Of a stretch of 64,000 nucleotides of DNA, positions 9,875-18,813 are shown piece by piece. Where the stretch lies: contig CAISEE010000046.1 of assembly GCA_903884345.1 (NCBI GenBank), positions 3,830-67,829 on the forward strand. Direction: 5' to 3'. The notes beneath the pieces are model-generated. The model saw nothing but the letters and a program-made list of their open reading frames with translations. It was not told the DNA's origin and ran no database searches. The stretch's first letter is position 1. Each line of letters opens with the position of its first letter. Origin of the DNA: Candidatus Adlerbacteria bacterium. Lineage in GTDB: Bacteria > Patescibacteriota > Minisyncoccia > Phycocordibacterales > SBAW01. The position numbers and the translations under genes were made by a program.

Positions 9875-10267
9875 CTATTTGGTCTTTGAGGTGCTCGACT
9901 TCGTGGTAGACGTACTCGGGAGCTTCAGCGGTATCGAGTTGAGGGCTTTGGACGAACTCGCCGTGGCGCCCGACTGACCCACAAACACGAACGGGTTGTG
10001 GCGGCCCAACGGCTCGGGTGCGATGACGACACCAAAGTCGGTGAGCGCCACGAACGTCGGATCGGTAAAGATGGTGTTGTCGAGCCGGATGCTCTGGAGG
10101 CTGCTCAGCATCACGAGCATCGGCTGCGAGCCGATTGAAGCATCATCGGTTGAGGTCAGTGCAGCACCCGAGCCGGTCGCCGACCCCGACATCATGTAGT
10201 AGCCGACCGCGAGGACGGCCAGCACCACAACCGCGAGCATGATTTTGTTGTCTTTGATAAAGTCCAT
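9875..10267 (-). CDS. Membrane-anchored pilus-locus protein (PilP position)
   Basis: N-terminal TM helix, GRHNPF motif, lies between pilO and pilB. Confidence 0.6.
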   Translation of the reverse strand: MDFIKDNKIMLAVVVLAVLAVGYYMMSGSATGSGAALTSTDDASIGSQPMLVMLSSLQSIRLDNTIFTDPTFVALTDFGVVIAPEPLGRHNPFVFVGQSGATASSSKALNSIPLKLPSTSTTKSSTSKTK

Positions 10268-10276
10268 AGCGCGTGT

Positions 10277-10825
10277 TTAGTGAAGCCAGTAGGTGCGAAT
10301 CTCGAGCGAGTAGGACATCAGATCGCCCGCCCCCGCCTTAAACCCGATTTTGTCGACGTCGACGATGCGCAGACTGTGCTCGAGGTCCTGCAAGAACGCC
10401 TGAAAATCATCATAGCTTGCCGTGACCGAGAAGCCAACCTGGACTGACCCCACTGCGTCGCCTGACGACCCGACCGCCGTCGCCGTCTTGGGGTCGCCCT
10501 TGGTGAGACTGCCGATGTTCACGCCCGAAAGAGGCAGGTTGTGTCGCGCCGCGATGTTGTTGACGTCGATGATGAGGCGGATGTTGTCGACGTTGTCAGG
10601 GAGTACGTGCTCGAGTTTGGCGACGTCGTCGTTTGAGAGCGCGTTTCGCTTGTTGAGCAAGGTGTCGCGCACCGCGTGAAGCTGCGCCGCCTGCGCGAGC
10701 GCGGTCGTGTACTTGCTGTCGAGTGCCGACATCGACAAGTCCTTTTGATAGGTCGGGTTGGTGTACACGACGAAGAGTCCGACAGCTGCGATAATGAGGA
10801 GGATGGGTACGAAAAATCTAGCCAT
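10277..10825 (-). CDS. pilO: Type IV pilus alignment protein PilO
   Basis: TM helix, LEHVLPD, SYDDFQAFLQDLEHSLRIVDV; synteny. Confidence 0.85.
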   Translation of the reverse strand: MARFFVPILLIIAAVGLFVVYTNPTYQKDLSMSALDSKYTTALAQAAQLHAVRDTLLNKRNALSNDDVAKLEHVLPDNVDNIRLIIDVNNIAARHNLPLSGVNIGSLTKGDPKTATAVGSSGDAVGSVQVGFSVTASYDDFQAFLQDLEHSLRIVDVDKIGFKAGAGDLMSYSLEIRTYWLH

Positions 10826-10830
10826 GGTGA

Positions 10831-11517
10831 TTATGATTGCGGTGTCGCACCTGTGGGCGTCGTCGTGGACGATTGCGTCGTGTCTGAAGCGGGCGCCGCT
10901 GCCGATTGGTCGGTCGAGGCCGCGCTGGTGCCCAAGGTCTTGGCGAAGTTGATGACCGACGGGTCGACTGTCGCGGTGACGTTAAAGGTTACGGCGCCGG
11001 TACTACCCACGGTAATATTGTTGAACGAGACTTCCTTTAGGAGCTTGTTGGCGCCGAACTGGTCGCTCTGGAGCGCCACAGTCGCGAAGCTGTCTGCCTG
11101 CCCGTCGAGGGTAATCTGCGCCGACCCGTCGGCCTGAAGCTCGTAGTCAAAACTGCTGAACTGGACCGCCTGGAGTGTCTGACTGCCCAGGAAGGTAAAG
11201 AGTGCCGAGGGCGCCACGTGCTTTTGCAGCAGCCCCTCTGCGTTTTGGATGCGCAAGTCGAGGCGACTCATCTCGGCGATGGTGTCGGGATTGAACGCGT
11301 CCTGTGCTTTTTTGAGCGAGTCCGTCTTCGTGGCGATCGAGGTCGTGAGCACCTGCGAGTAGCCGAATGCCGCGCCGGCCAATACGATCGAGGCGATGAA
11401 GACGAGCAGCGCGATGATGAAAAAGATGCTGCTGAAGGCGCCTTCACTGCTGGCGTAATAGCTACCGCTATCGAGCGACTGCTTGGGAATGAAAGATGCC
11501 GGAGCCTGAGAATCCAT
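10831..11517 (-). CDS. pilN: PilN-like alignment protein
   Basis: TM helix, coiled coil and ferredoxin-like C-terminus; between pilM and pilO. Confidence 0.7.
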   Translation of the reverse strand: MDSQAPASFIPKQSLDSGSYYASSEGAFSSIFFIIALLVFIASIVLAGAAFGYSQVLTTSIATKTDSLKKAQDAFNPDTIAEMSRLDLRIQNAEGLLQKHVAPSALFTFLGSQTLQAVQFSSFDYELQADGSAQITLDGQADSFATVALQSDQFGANKLLKEVSFNNITVGSTGAVTFNVTATVDPSVINFAKTLGTSAASTDQSAAAPASDTTQSSTTTPTGATPQS

Positions 11518-11579
11518 TACTCATTAGTATAGCCCGACTTTACAACTCTGTGTGGCGCAATCCACACATGCGGGTGCGT

Positions 11580-12656
11580 CTAATTTTGGAGGAGCCGCAG
11601 CGCGAGCCCGATGGCCACCGTAAACTCCGGCCCCGCCTCCTCGAACCCCTTCTGGAGGAACGCCGGCACGCGGATCTTGCTAAATGGGTCGGACATGCGC
11701 ACCTCGTTTTGGATTTTGCTTTGTGCGAACTCTTTGAGCCCGCGAATGTCGGTGCCGCCACCGGTAAAGACCAAGGCGCTGAGTGATTGGTTGGTGCGCG
11801 ACTCGTACGCCGCCGCCGTGCGCGCGATCTCGGAAAACAGCGGCATGAGCGAGAGCTCGATCGATTTCTTGAGATCCTCGGTGGTCGCCATCTCGGATAT
11901 GCCGGTGAGCCCCACCTTGCGCTTGTACTCCTCGGCCTTGCTGACCGAGATGCCCAGGGCGCGCGAGACCGCCAACGTCAAATCTTGGCTGCCGTGGTTG
12001 ATGATATGACTCTCGTGGATGAGCCCGCGCTCGACGACGTAGAACTTGGTCGTGGCCGCGCCGAGGTCGACCACCGCCACGGGCACAATCCCCCGGTCGA
12101 GCGCCGCACGCACCGCGCTGAAGACCTCGATCTCGAAGAAGCTCACATTGAGCCCTGCTTCGCTCGCGATGGTACGAAACTTTTGTATCGTATCGTTGTG
12201 GATAACCACGAGCAGCACCTCGATTTTGGAGGGGTCTTTTTTGTCGGGGCCGATGACGAACCAGTCGAGCTGCACCTCGTTAATCGGCACGGGAATATAC
12301 TTGCGCGCCTCAAGCGGGATGACTTGCGCCAACTGCTTTTGCACCACCGCGGGCAGACGCAGGATTGAGATAAGGCTCGAGGAGTATGGTATCGAGAGCG
12401 CCGCGTTTTGCGTCGTGACGTTGGCTTCGCGAATCAAATCCTTCAATGCTTCGGCGACTTTTTCGGCCGGCAGTGACGTCGCGCGGCCGATTTCGCTGCC
12501 TGCGTACGGCCCCAGCGCCACCGCGCCGTAGGTTTCGAGCACGACGGTGCCTTTGTCTTTGCGCAGCTGCACTAACTTAATCGACGACGTGCCGATGTCG
12601 ACGCCCAGCGCGCTTTTTTGTTCGGGAGCGAAGAGTGATGCGAAGGAGAATGCCAT
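11580..12656 (-). CDS. pilM: Type IV pilus assembly protein PilM
   Basis: LGVDIGTSSIK, EARKYIP, VDLGAATT, FTGGG, VAIGLAL. Confidence 0.96.
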   Translation of the reverse strand: MAFSFASLFAPEQKSALGVDIGTSSIKLVQLRKDKGTVVLETYGAVALGPYAGSEIGRATSLPAEKVAEALKDLIREANVTTQNAALSIPYSSSLISILRLPAVVQKQLAQVIPLEARKYIPVPINEVQLDWFVIGPDKKDPSKIEVLLVVIHNDTIQKFRTIASEAGLNVSFFEIEVFSAVRAALDRGIVPVAVVDLGAATTKFYVVERGLIHESHIINHGSQDLTLAVSRALGISVSKAEEYKRKVGLTGISEMATTEDLKKSIELSLMPLFSEIARTAAAYESRTNQSLSALVFTGGGTDIRGLKEFAQSKIQNEVRMSDPFSKIRVPAFLQKGFEEAGPEFTVAIGLALRLLQN

Positions 12657-12702
12657 AGTATCTTGCTATATAGTAGTATATACGAACCCGACGGTTTCAA
12701 CT

Positions 12703-13326
12703 ATGCATTATATCCTGTCGCGCCTCTGCCAACCCCTCGTCGACCTCGTCGCGCCCCCACGCGACACCGAACTCCTCGTTCGCGAGCTGTGCGAGGAAGA
12801 CCTCATGGAGCTCGTGATGCCAAATGAGATCGGCCTCCTCCCCTACCACGACGAGCGCGCACGCGCTCTGGTCTGGGAGATGAAGTACTACGCCAGTTCG
12901 CGCGCCGCCAACCTGGGCGGCATTATTCTTGCTGAAGCGCTCATCGAGTACGCCAGCGATATTTTGGGCGAGCCGCTCCTCATCCCCATCCCGCTCCATC
13001 ACACCCGCCGCCGCGAGCGCGGCCACAACCAGAGCGAACTTTTGTGCAAAGCTGCGCTCGCCCACGCACCCCACTGCGCACAGTACGCGCCGCAACTTCT
13101 CGTGCGCCACAAAGCCACCCCGCACCAGCAAGGTTCGGCCCGCCACAAACGCCTCAGCAATCTCAAAAATTCAATGACCGCCCCTCACCCCGAGCGCCTG
13201 CGGGGTCGCACCGTGATTATCGTTGACGATGTCACCACCACCGGCGCCACCTTCGCCGAAGCCAAACGCGCCCTCTTGGCCGCCGGCGCCGCACACGTCT
13301 ACTGTTTGGCACTCGCGCAATCGTGA
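12703..13326 (+). CDS. comF: ComF family competence protein (PRTase fold)
   Basis: PIPLHHTRRRERGHNQSE, IIVDDVTTTGAT; start at ATG 12703. Confidence 0.93.
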   Translation: MHYILSRLCQPLVDLVAPPRDTELLVRELCEEDLMELVMPNEIGLLPYHDERARALVWEMKYYASSRAANLGGIILAEALIEYASDILGEPLLIPIPLHHTRRRERGHNQSELLCKAALAHAPHCAQYAPQLLVRHKATPHQQGSARHKRLSNLKNSMTAPHPERLRGRTVIIVDDVTTTGATFAEAKRALLAAGAAHVYCLALAQS

Positions 13327-13397
13327 GTTTTGGTGTAGTTTAGTGGAACAGGCGCAGGGCGAAACCCGGTCTGCAGCAGACAAAACAGAATATAAAC

Positions 13398-13484
13398 GGA
13401 GGCGTGGCTGAGCGGTCGAAAGCAGCAACCTGCTAAGTTGTTGACCTGGGAACGGGTCCGAAGGTTCGAATCCTTCCGCCTCCG
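13398..13484 (+). tRNA. tRNA-Ser(GCT)
   Basis: GGAGGCG/CGCCTCC acceptor stem, anticodon loop CT-GCT-AA, long variable arm, GGTTCGAATCC, G73, no CCA. Confidence 0.96.
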
Positions 13485-13612
13485 CTGAGATTTTTAAGGA
13501 GTTTACGACTATAAAAATCCGAGTGCAGTCGCGTCCTCGCGAGCTGCCGCCAAACATTACGAGCACCCGCAAGGGTGCCTTTTGGTGTGCGGGAAGGATT
13601 CGAAAGGCGCCG

Positions 13613-13774
13613 CTATCTCAAAAATCGCAAGGCAAATGCCCCAAACACCAACACAATCCCGACGTTCACCATGAGCCGCTCCCACACCCTATCCCGAAAG
13701 AACAACACATCGACACCGACAATAACGGCAATAAGCGCAACAACACAAACTGCAGTGAGTAGTGGTTTAGTCAT
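13613..13774 (-). CDS. Small two-TM membrane protein (53 aa)
   Basis: Below the ORF-track cutoff: MTKPLLTAVCVVALIAVIVGVDVLFFRDRVWERLMVNVGIVLVFGAFALRFLR. Confidence 0.7.
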   Translation of the reverse strand: MTKPLLTAVCVVALIAVIVGVDVLFFRDRVWERLMVNVGIVLVFGAFALRFLR

Positions 13775-13928
13775 TACTTAAAACGATAGCACGTATCCGT
13801 CGCCTGAGTCAGAAGACTCACTTATGGTCGATAGACGAACGGCGTAGCTACGTTTTGACAGGCGACAAAACCATGAGTGGACAATAGAATTTACTTACCA
13901 TTCAAATGCTGTAAAATCTGTTTACTCT

Positions 13929-14579
13929 ATGAATTATACAAAAGGGCGCGTGATGGCGTTGGTAACCGGTATCGTAATTATTATCGGCGCAGGGGCTACG
14001 TTTTGGTATCTAACCCACAACACTGCGCAACCGGTACCTGTTTTGACTACTGCGTTACAGACCTCGAACACCACCTTTCCCACTCCGCCGACGGATACGC
14101 GGGTCACACCTGAACCGACACAACCGGCAGCCGCAGGCCTTACACGAACAAGCAATACCTCGACTTCTCGTCCGAATTCGACTTCTGCAACACCCAAGCC
14201 ACAAACACAGCAGACTGCGCGCGTCTCCGCAACAATAGACCAAAGCTCACTTACCTCGACCTCGAACACCGCACCAAAAATACAAGGTGCAGTTTCGGGA
14301 ACTTCGGCGATTTCCGTTTATATATGGCGCAATGTAATTACCCCTCCACAGTCAGAGACCGCTACGTTTCCAAAATCTGTATGGTTCAACTCTTCGGAGC
14401 TCAGAACTTCTGAGATCGTTGTCTCAAAAGGACGATGGAACGCCTACATTGGAAATACAGAGGTAGCTGGAAACGGATTTGATTATTCAGTATTTTCGGC
14501 TGGTGCCTATACTGTAGCGGTCTACGACGATACAACGGGCCAGCTGCTCGCAACAGACTCACTAACAATCAACGGTTAA
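13929..14579 (+). CDS. Membrane-anchored surface protein with a Thr/Pro-rich linker and a beta-rich C-terminal domain
   Basis: N-terminal TM, T/P/S-rich stalk; visibly more AT-rich than neighbours. Confidence 0.7.
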   Translation: MNYTKGRVMALVTGIVIIIGAGATFWYLTHNTAQPVPVLTTALQTSNTTFPTPPTDTRVTPEPTQPAAAGLTRTSNTSTSRPNSTSATPKPQTQQTARVSATIDQSSLTSTSNTAPKIQGAVSGTSAISVYIWRNVITPPQSETATFPKSVWFNSSELRTSEIVVSKGRWNAYIGNTEVAGNGFDYSVFSAGAYTVAVYDDTTGQLLATDSLTING

Positions 14580-14788
14580 CAACCTACGATTTCTTCCAAT
14601 CAACACTGTGCCTCGGGGCCCCTCCGGGGCATGGCGTATACTTCCCTCATGAGCACCTTCTCCCGATTTTTTAGATGGCGCTTGGGATTGGATGATGCGG
14701 ACGCGCGAGCACATTCTTAATATTGCATAAAAGAAAAAGCCGAGCGGGGCGCGATAGTCGCGCACACCACTCGGCTGCAGGCCGGAGC

Positions 14789-14986
14789 CTAGGACATTCT
14801 TTTCATCTCGCCAAGCTTGGTCAGGCCGTACGGGCCGGCCGGGCCATTACCGTCTTCCCCAAGCCGTTCGGCTTCTGCGGCCTCGGCCAGCCGCGAGGGA
14901 TTGAACTTGCACGGCTCGCAGGGATTCTCGCTAGGAATCGAAGACATCATTCCATCGGCGCAATTGAGGCCGGAACAATTAAGCAT
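14789..14986 (-). CDS. Small Cys-containing orphan protein
   Basis: AGGTGA SD before ATG; TTGACG...TACTCT promoter upstream; hairpin plus T-run downstream. Confidence 0.5.
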   Translation of the reverse strand: MLNCSGLNCADGMMSSIPSENPCEPCKFNPSRLAEAAEAERLGEDGNGPAGPYGLTKLGEMKRMS

Positions 14987-15157
14987 GGATCACCTACCCA
15001 AAAGATCGTGCATCAACGACGCTCGTCGATGCAAAAACAAGAGTACACCAAAAACTGAATTCGTCAAGGATTCGCCGCATCTCCCCCACCCAAGACTCCC
15101 CTTGGGATTGCGGTTCGTTTTCATATTCACAGACGACACGCTTGATATACTTACCGC

Positions 15158-15562
15158 ATGACAAAACCCCTGCCATCCGACGAGGAGTTGAAGAAGCGGC
15201 TCACGGCCAAGCAGTACGAAGTGCTGCGCGAGGGTGGGACCGAGGCGCCGTTTTCGGGGAAGCTCGTGCATCCCGACCGCGACGGATTCTACCGCTGCGC
15301 GGTGTGCGGGAGCGCGCTCTTTGCAGCCGATGCGAAATTCGACTCGGGCACGGGCTGGCCAAGCTTCGACCAGGCACTCCCCGGCGCGGTCAAAGACGTC
15401 GAGGATACCTCGCACGGCATGGTGCGCACCGAGACTGTGTGCGCCACCTGCGGCTCACACCTCGGGCACCTTTTTAACGATGGCCCCACCAAAACTGGCA
15501 TGCGTTACTGCATGAACTCAGTCTGCTTTGAAAATTTTGATGACGAGGCGAAGGGCGCGTAA
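15158..15562 (+). CDS. msrB: Peptide-methionine (R)-S-oxide reductase
   Basis: GTEAPFSG, KFDSGTGWPSF, HLGHLF, RYCMNS. Confidence 0.97.
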   Translation: MTKPLPSDEELKKRLTAKQYEVLREGGTEAPFSGKLVHPDRDGFYRCAVCGSALFAADAKFDSGTGWPSFDQALPGAVKDVEDTSHGMVRTETVCATCGSHLGHLFNDGPTKTGMRYCMNSVCFENFDDEAKGA

Positions 15563-15566
15563 CGTG

Positions 15567-15968
15567 TTAGCCCAGCAAACCGTAGACGAGGTACATGGTG
15601 TACGAGGCGATGGCGGTAAGCGTCGTACCCCAGGCCATGTCGACGAGGGCGACCTTAAGCGGCCAATCTTTAAGCGTTGCGAGGTTGGTGAGGTCGTAGG
15701 TCATGTAGCACATAAAGCCAAAGAGCGCGCCATACAAAAGTGCGCGCATGGGGCTGTGTGCAACGATCGCCGGGTGCGCAGCGAAGATCATGATGCCAAC
15801 GAGATAGCACGCGTAAAACAAAATCGCGGGTGTTAGTAAAAACGACGGCGCAAGATGGTACCCAAGACCGGCTTTGATCGAATCTTTAGCAATGACCCCG
15901 AGCCACAGACCATCGAGCAGCAACATGACCGGCGCGGTTAATAAAACTGCGTAGAGTAAGCGAAGCAT
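15567..15968 (-). CDS. DUF2177 family membrane protein
   Basis: LLDGLWL, YMTYDLTNLATLKDW, VDMAWG. Confidence 0.9.
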   Translation of the reverse strand: MLRLLYAVLLTAPVMLLLDGLWLGVIAKDSIKAGLGYHLAPSFLLTPAILFYACYLVGIMIFAAHPAIVAHSPMRALLYGALFGFMCYMTYDLTNLATLKDWPLKVALVDMAWGTTLTAIASYTMYLVYGLLG

Positions 15969-16037
15969 GGTGTAAGTATACCAGTCATAAAAAAATTCCC
16001 GACCACGAGTGGGCCGGGAACGAGGTTACGCACACCA

Positions 16038-16688
16038 TCACCACAGTCGGTGCGAACAGTTTCTGAAGAGGTTCTCGGCGATTCCAAGTTCATGATCCGT
16101 ATTCGCTTCGGACGCGACGACCATCGCCTTCCTTGCGGCATGACTCGCTTCAGCCACCTCACCGAGATGCCAAAATAGGAGTGCCACGGCGTTGAGTACG
16201 CGCGCGAGGTTGCGCTCTGCGTCGCCACTCTCGTCTGCACACCCGACCGGCTTGTTGTCGTTAATGGGCGTGGCTTTGAACAACACGGAGTGCGCCTCTT
16301 GCAAGGCTTCCTGGCGCTCGCCACATAATAATAGGCACTCACCAATGAGCACATACACGAGCGCCCTCTCATACGGTGCGCAGCCTACGAGTGCCAAGTC
16401 GGTCAGGACTGACGTTTCGTATAGTCTATTTCGCAGCACCCAGCGAAGGCCGGGCACGCGCACCACAAGTTCGAGCCCGTCTCGCATCTGCGGGCCGCTC
16501 ATGCCGCGCGCGCCACACGCGACACCGAACGCATCACGCAGTTTCGCAAACGGTCGGCGCGCCACCCACGCACGAAACCCTGTCTGCCACGGGTCACTCT
16601 GGAGTTCCATTTCGCATGTCCTTGTACAATGTAGGCCGACGAAACTGTACAGCAACAACGCGTAGTCGTCAATTACAGACCGAGACAC
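16038..16688 (-). CDS. Hypothetical protein with a helical (TPR-like) C-terminus
   Basis: 216-aa ORF, AAGGA before GTG, hairpin plus T-run downstream. Confidence 0.55.
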   Translation of the reverse strand: MSRSVIDDYALLLYSFVGLHCTRTCEMELQSDPWQTGFRAWVARRPFAKLRDAFGVACGARGMSGPQMRDGLELVVRVPGLRWVLRNRLYETSVLTDLALVGCAPYERALVYVLIGECLLLCGERQEALQEAHSVLFKATPINDNKPVGCADESGDAERNLARVLNAVALLFWHLGEVAEASHAARKAMVVASEANTDHELGIAENLFRNCSHRLW

Positions 16689-16796
16689 CCATCCTTTTTT
16701 GATTTACGCCACAGTCGGTATCACTTGCTTGTTTTAGCAAATATGTTATATAGTCGGGCCACAAGCAGTGGTTCTTTCATACGGGAGTCTATATCG

Positions 16797-17561
16797 ATGG
16801 CGCAAGGCCAACCTACACTTGCTCGCTATGCTGCCGAACCGCGAGAGCGTTCGCAGCGCAACTTCTTCTCGAACGTGTTTCTGGTGATGACCGGCGACCT
16901 CGTGCTCACGGCACTGGTCTCGCTCGCGTTGTCGTCCAACCACGCCGTGATGGCGTCGCTGTTCCACCTGGTCACCTACTCCGAAGACGGCGAGACCAAG
17001 ACCACCTTCGAGGCCTCGGGCCTCTACTGGTGCGCGGCTGCGTTCGAGATCTTGCTGGTGATCGTGCTCTCATGGAGCAGCCTCGGCAAACGCCTGAACT
17101 TCGTCGACGGCCTCGTCTTGTTCGGCATCTATGCCGCGCTTAACGGCGTCACGCTCGCGCCACTGCTCTACGCCTACACAGCCGTGAGCATCGTCCGAGT
17201 CTTCTTCATCGCCGCCAGCATGTTCTGCGGGATGGCGATCTGGGGGCTCACGACGAAGGTCAACTTGACGGGCCTGCAGTCGTTCTTCCTGATGGCGCTG
17301 ATCGGCCTTCTGGCGGCGATACTCATGAACGCCGCGTTCGGCTCGGTCGAGAACGAGTTCTACATCAGCGTGGCGGCGGTCGGCCTCTTCGCGGGACTCA
17401 CCGCCTTCGACATGCAGAAGCTTCGCGCCATGCATGACGAGAGCGCCGGCGCCTCGGCAGGGCTCGTGGTCTTCGGCGCACTGACGCTGTACCTCGACTT
17501 CATCAACCTGTTCATCCACCTCCTGCGTATCTTCGGCGTCGCCCGAATCGGCGACGACTGA
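16797..17561 (+). CDS. Bax inhibitor-1/YccA family protein
   Basis: Seven TMs; FAGLTAFDMQKL, GALTLYLDFINLFIHLLRIFG. Confidence 0.93.
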   Translation: MAQGQPTLARYAAEPRERSQRNFFSNVFLVMTGDLVLTALVSLALSSNHAVMASLFHLVTYSEDGETKTTFEASGLYWCAAAFEILLVIVLSWSSLGKRLNFVDGLVLFGIYAALNGVTLAPLLYAYTAVSIVRVFFIAASMFCGMAIWGLTTKVNLTGLQSFFLMALIGLLAAILMNAAFGSVENEFYISVAAVGLFAGLTAFDMQKLRAMHDESAGASAGLVVFGALTLYLDFINLFIHLLRIFGVARIGDD

Positions 17562-17684
17562 ATTCCGTTCGCCCTCGCAAACCGAGCGGCCAGGCACCCC
17601 CTGGCCGCTCTTTTTCTTTTGTACATGCACCACACGCTCCTTAACGTGCCTGCGCTTTTGTGCCACACTTCGTGTACGACACGT

Positions 17685-18734
17685 ATGAAAATGTATCGCT
17701 ATATTACCATCGTCTTTCTTGTCCTTGCCGCACTGGCTGCAGGATTTTTCATGCATCGACCCGCACCGCGCCTGACCCACGAGCCCGAACTCGCCGCGGG
17801 CGCAGCGGTAACACAACCGCAACAAGAGCCGAGTGTATCCATCCTCGCCTTCGGTGACTTGATGCTCGACCGCGCAGTGCGCACCACCATCCTCAACCAC
17901 GGCGCCGACTATCCGTTCGTATCAATCGAACAATTTCTAAACGGTCACGACATCGTGGTCGCCAACGCCGAGGGACCGTTCACAAACAACACGTCGGTCG
18001 CGACGGCCGACCGATTGCAGTTCACCTTCGACCCCGGCGAGTTGCCGACCCTGCACAACCTCGGCTTCACGCTACTCTCGCAAGCCAACAATCACGCGTT
18101 TAACTTTGGCGCGGCAGGGCTGCGCGAATCGCAGGCCAACATTCGTGCGAGCGGCATCGGCACCTTTGGCGACCCGCAAAACGACGACCCTGGGCCGTCG
18201 TTGCAAATCATCCATGGGCAGACCGTCGCCTTCATCGGCTACCATCAATTTTTAGGCACCGACACGAAGGTGCTCGAGGCGATTCGCGAGGCAAAAACGC
18301 TGGGCGCGTTCACCATTCTTTACCCGCACTGGGGCGTCGAGTACAGCACGACCACGTCGGCGTTTCAACGCGCCGAAGCGCATGCCTTCATCGACGCGGG
18401 CGCCGACGCGGTGTTGGGCGCGCACCCGCACGTCATCGAGCCGATCGAGATATATAACGGCAAGGCGATCTTTTACTCGATGGGCAATTTCATCTTCGAC
18501 CAGTCGAATTCCGGGCCGACGTCCGAAGGGCTCGCCATCGAAATTACCCTCACCCCGAGTCAGGCGACGTACACCATCGACCCGCTCGACATTGCACACG
18601 CGCAAGCCTCACTCATGCCAGACCCCGAGCGCACGACCATCCTCCAAACCTTGGCACACACCGCGACGCTTGCGACCACAAGCGAGAGCTTAAGAAGCGG
18701 CATAGCCGACGGCGTCTTTACGCTCGATCGATAG
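17685..18734 (+). CDS. CapA family (PGA_cap) metallophosphoesterase-like protein
   Basis: GDLMLDR, ANAEGP, ANNHAFNFG, HWGVEY, GAHPHV, YSMGNFIFDQ. Confidence 0.93.
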   Translation: MKMYRYITIVFLVLAALAAGFFMHRPAPRLTHEPELAAGAAVTQPQQEPSVSILAFGDLMLDRAVRTTILNHGADYPFVSIEQFLNGHDIVVANAEGPFTNNTSVATADRLQFTFDPGELPTLHNLGFTLLSQANNHAFNFGAAGLRESQANIRASGIGTFGDPQNDDPGPSLQIIHGQTVAFIGYHQFLGTDTKVLEAIREAKTLGAFTILYPHWGVEYSTTTSAFQRAEAHAFIDAGADAVLGAHPHVIEPIEIYNGKAIFYSMGNFIFDQSNSGPTSEGLAIEITLTPSQATYTIDPLDIAHAQASLMPDPERTTILQTLAHTATLATTSESLRSGIADGVFTLDR

Positions 18735-18813
18735 CATTTAATGAGAACCCTCGATACGTGATAGCTACTCTGATACACTGTTGATTAATTATTTATTACG
18801 CGCGAAACAAACA

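Noticed and set aside
8207-9889. Long antisense ORFs (560 aa here; also 40122-41420, 50857-52080, 57107-58567, 31138-32151)
   Set aside because: They are shadows of well-identified GC-rich genes on the opposite strand and have no motifs.
12197-12205. Second DnaA box or replication origin
   Set aside because: It lies inside pilM coding sequence (VIH); there is no box cluster, AT-rich unwinding region or dnaA.
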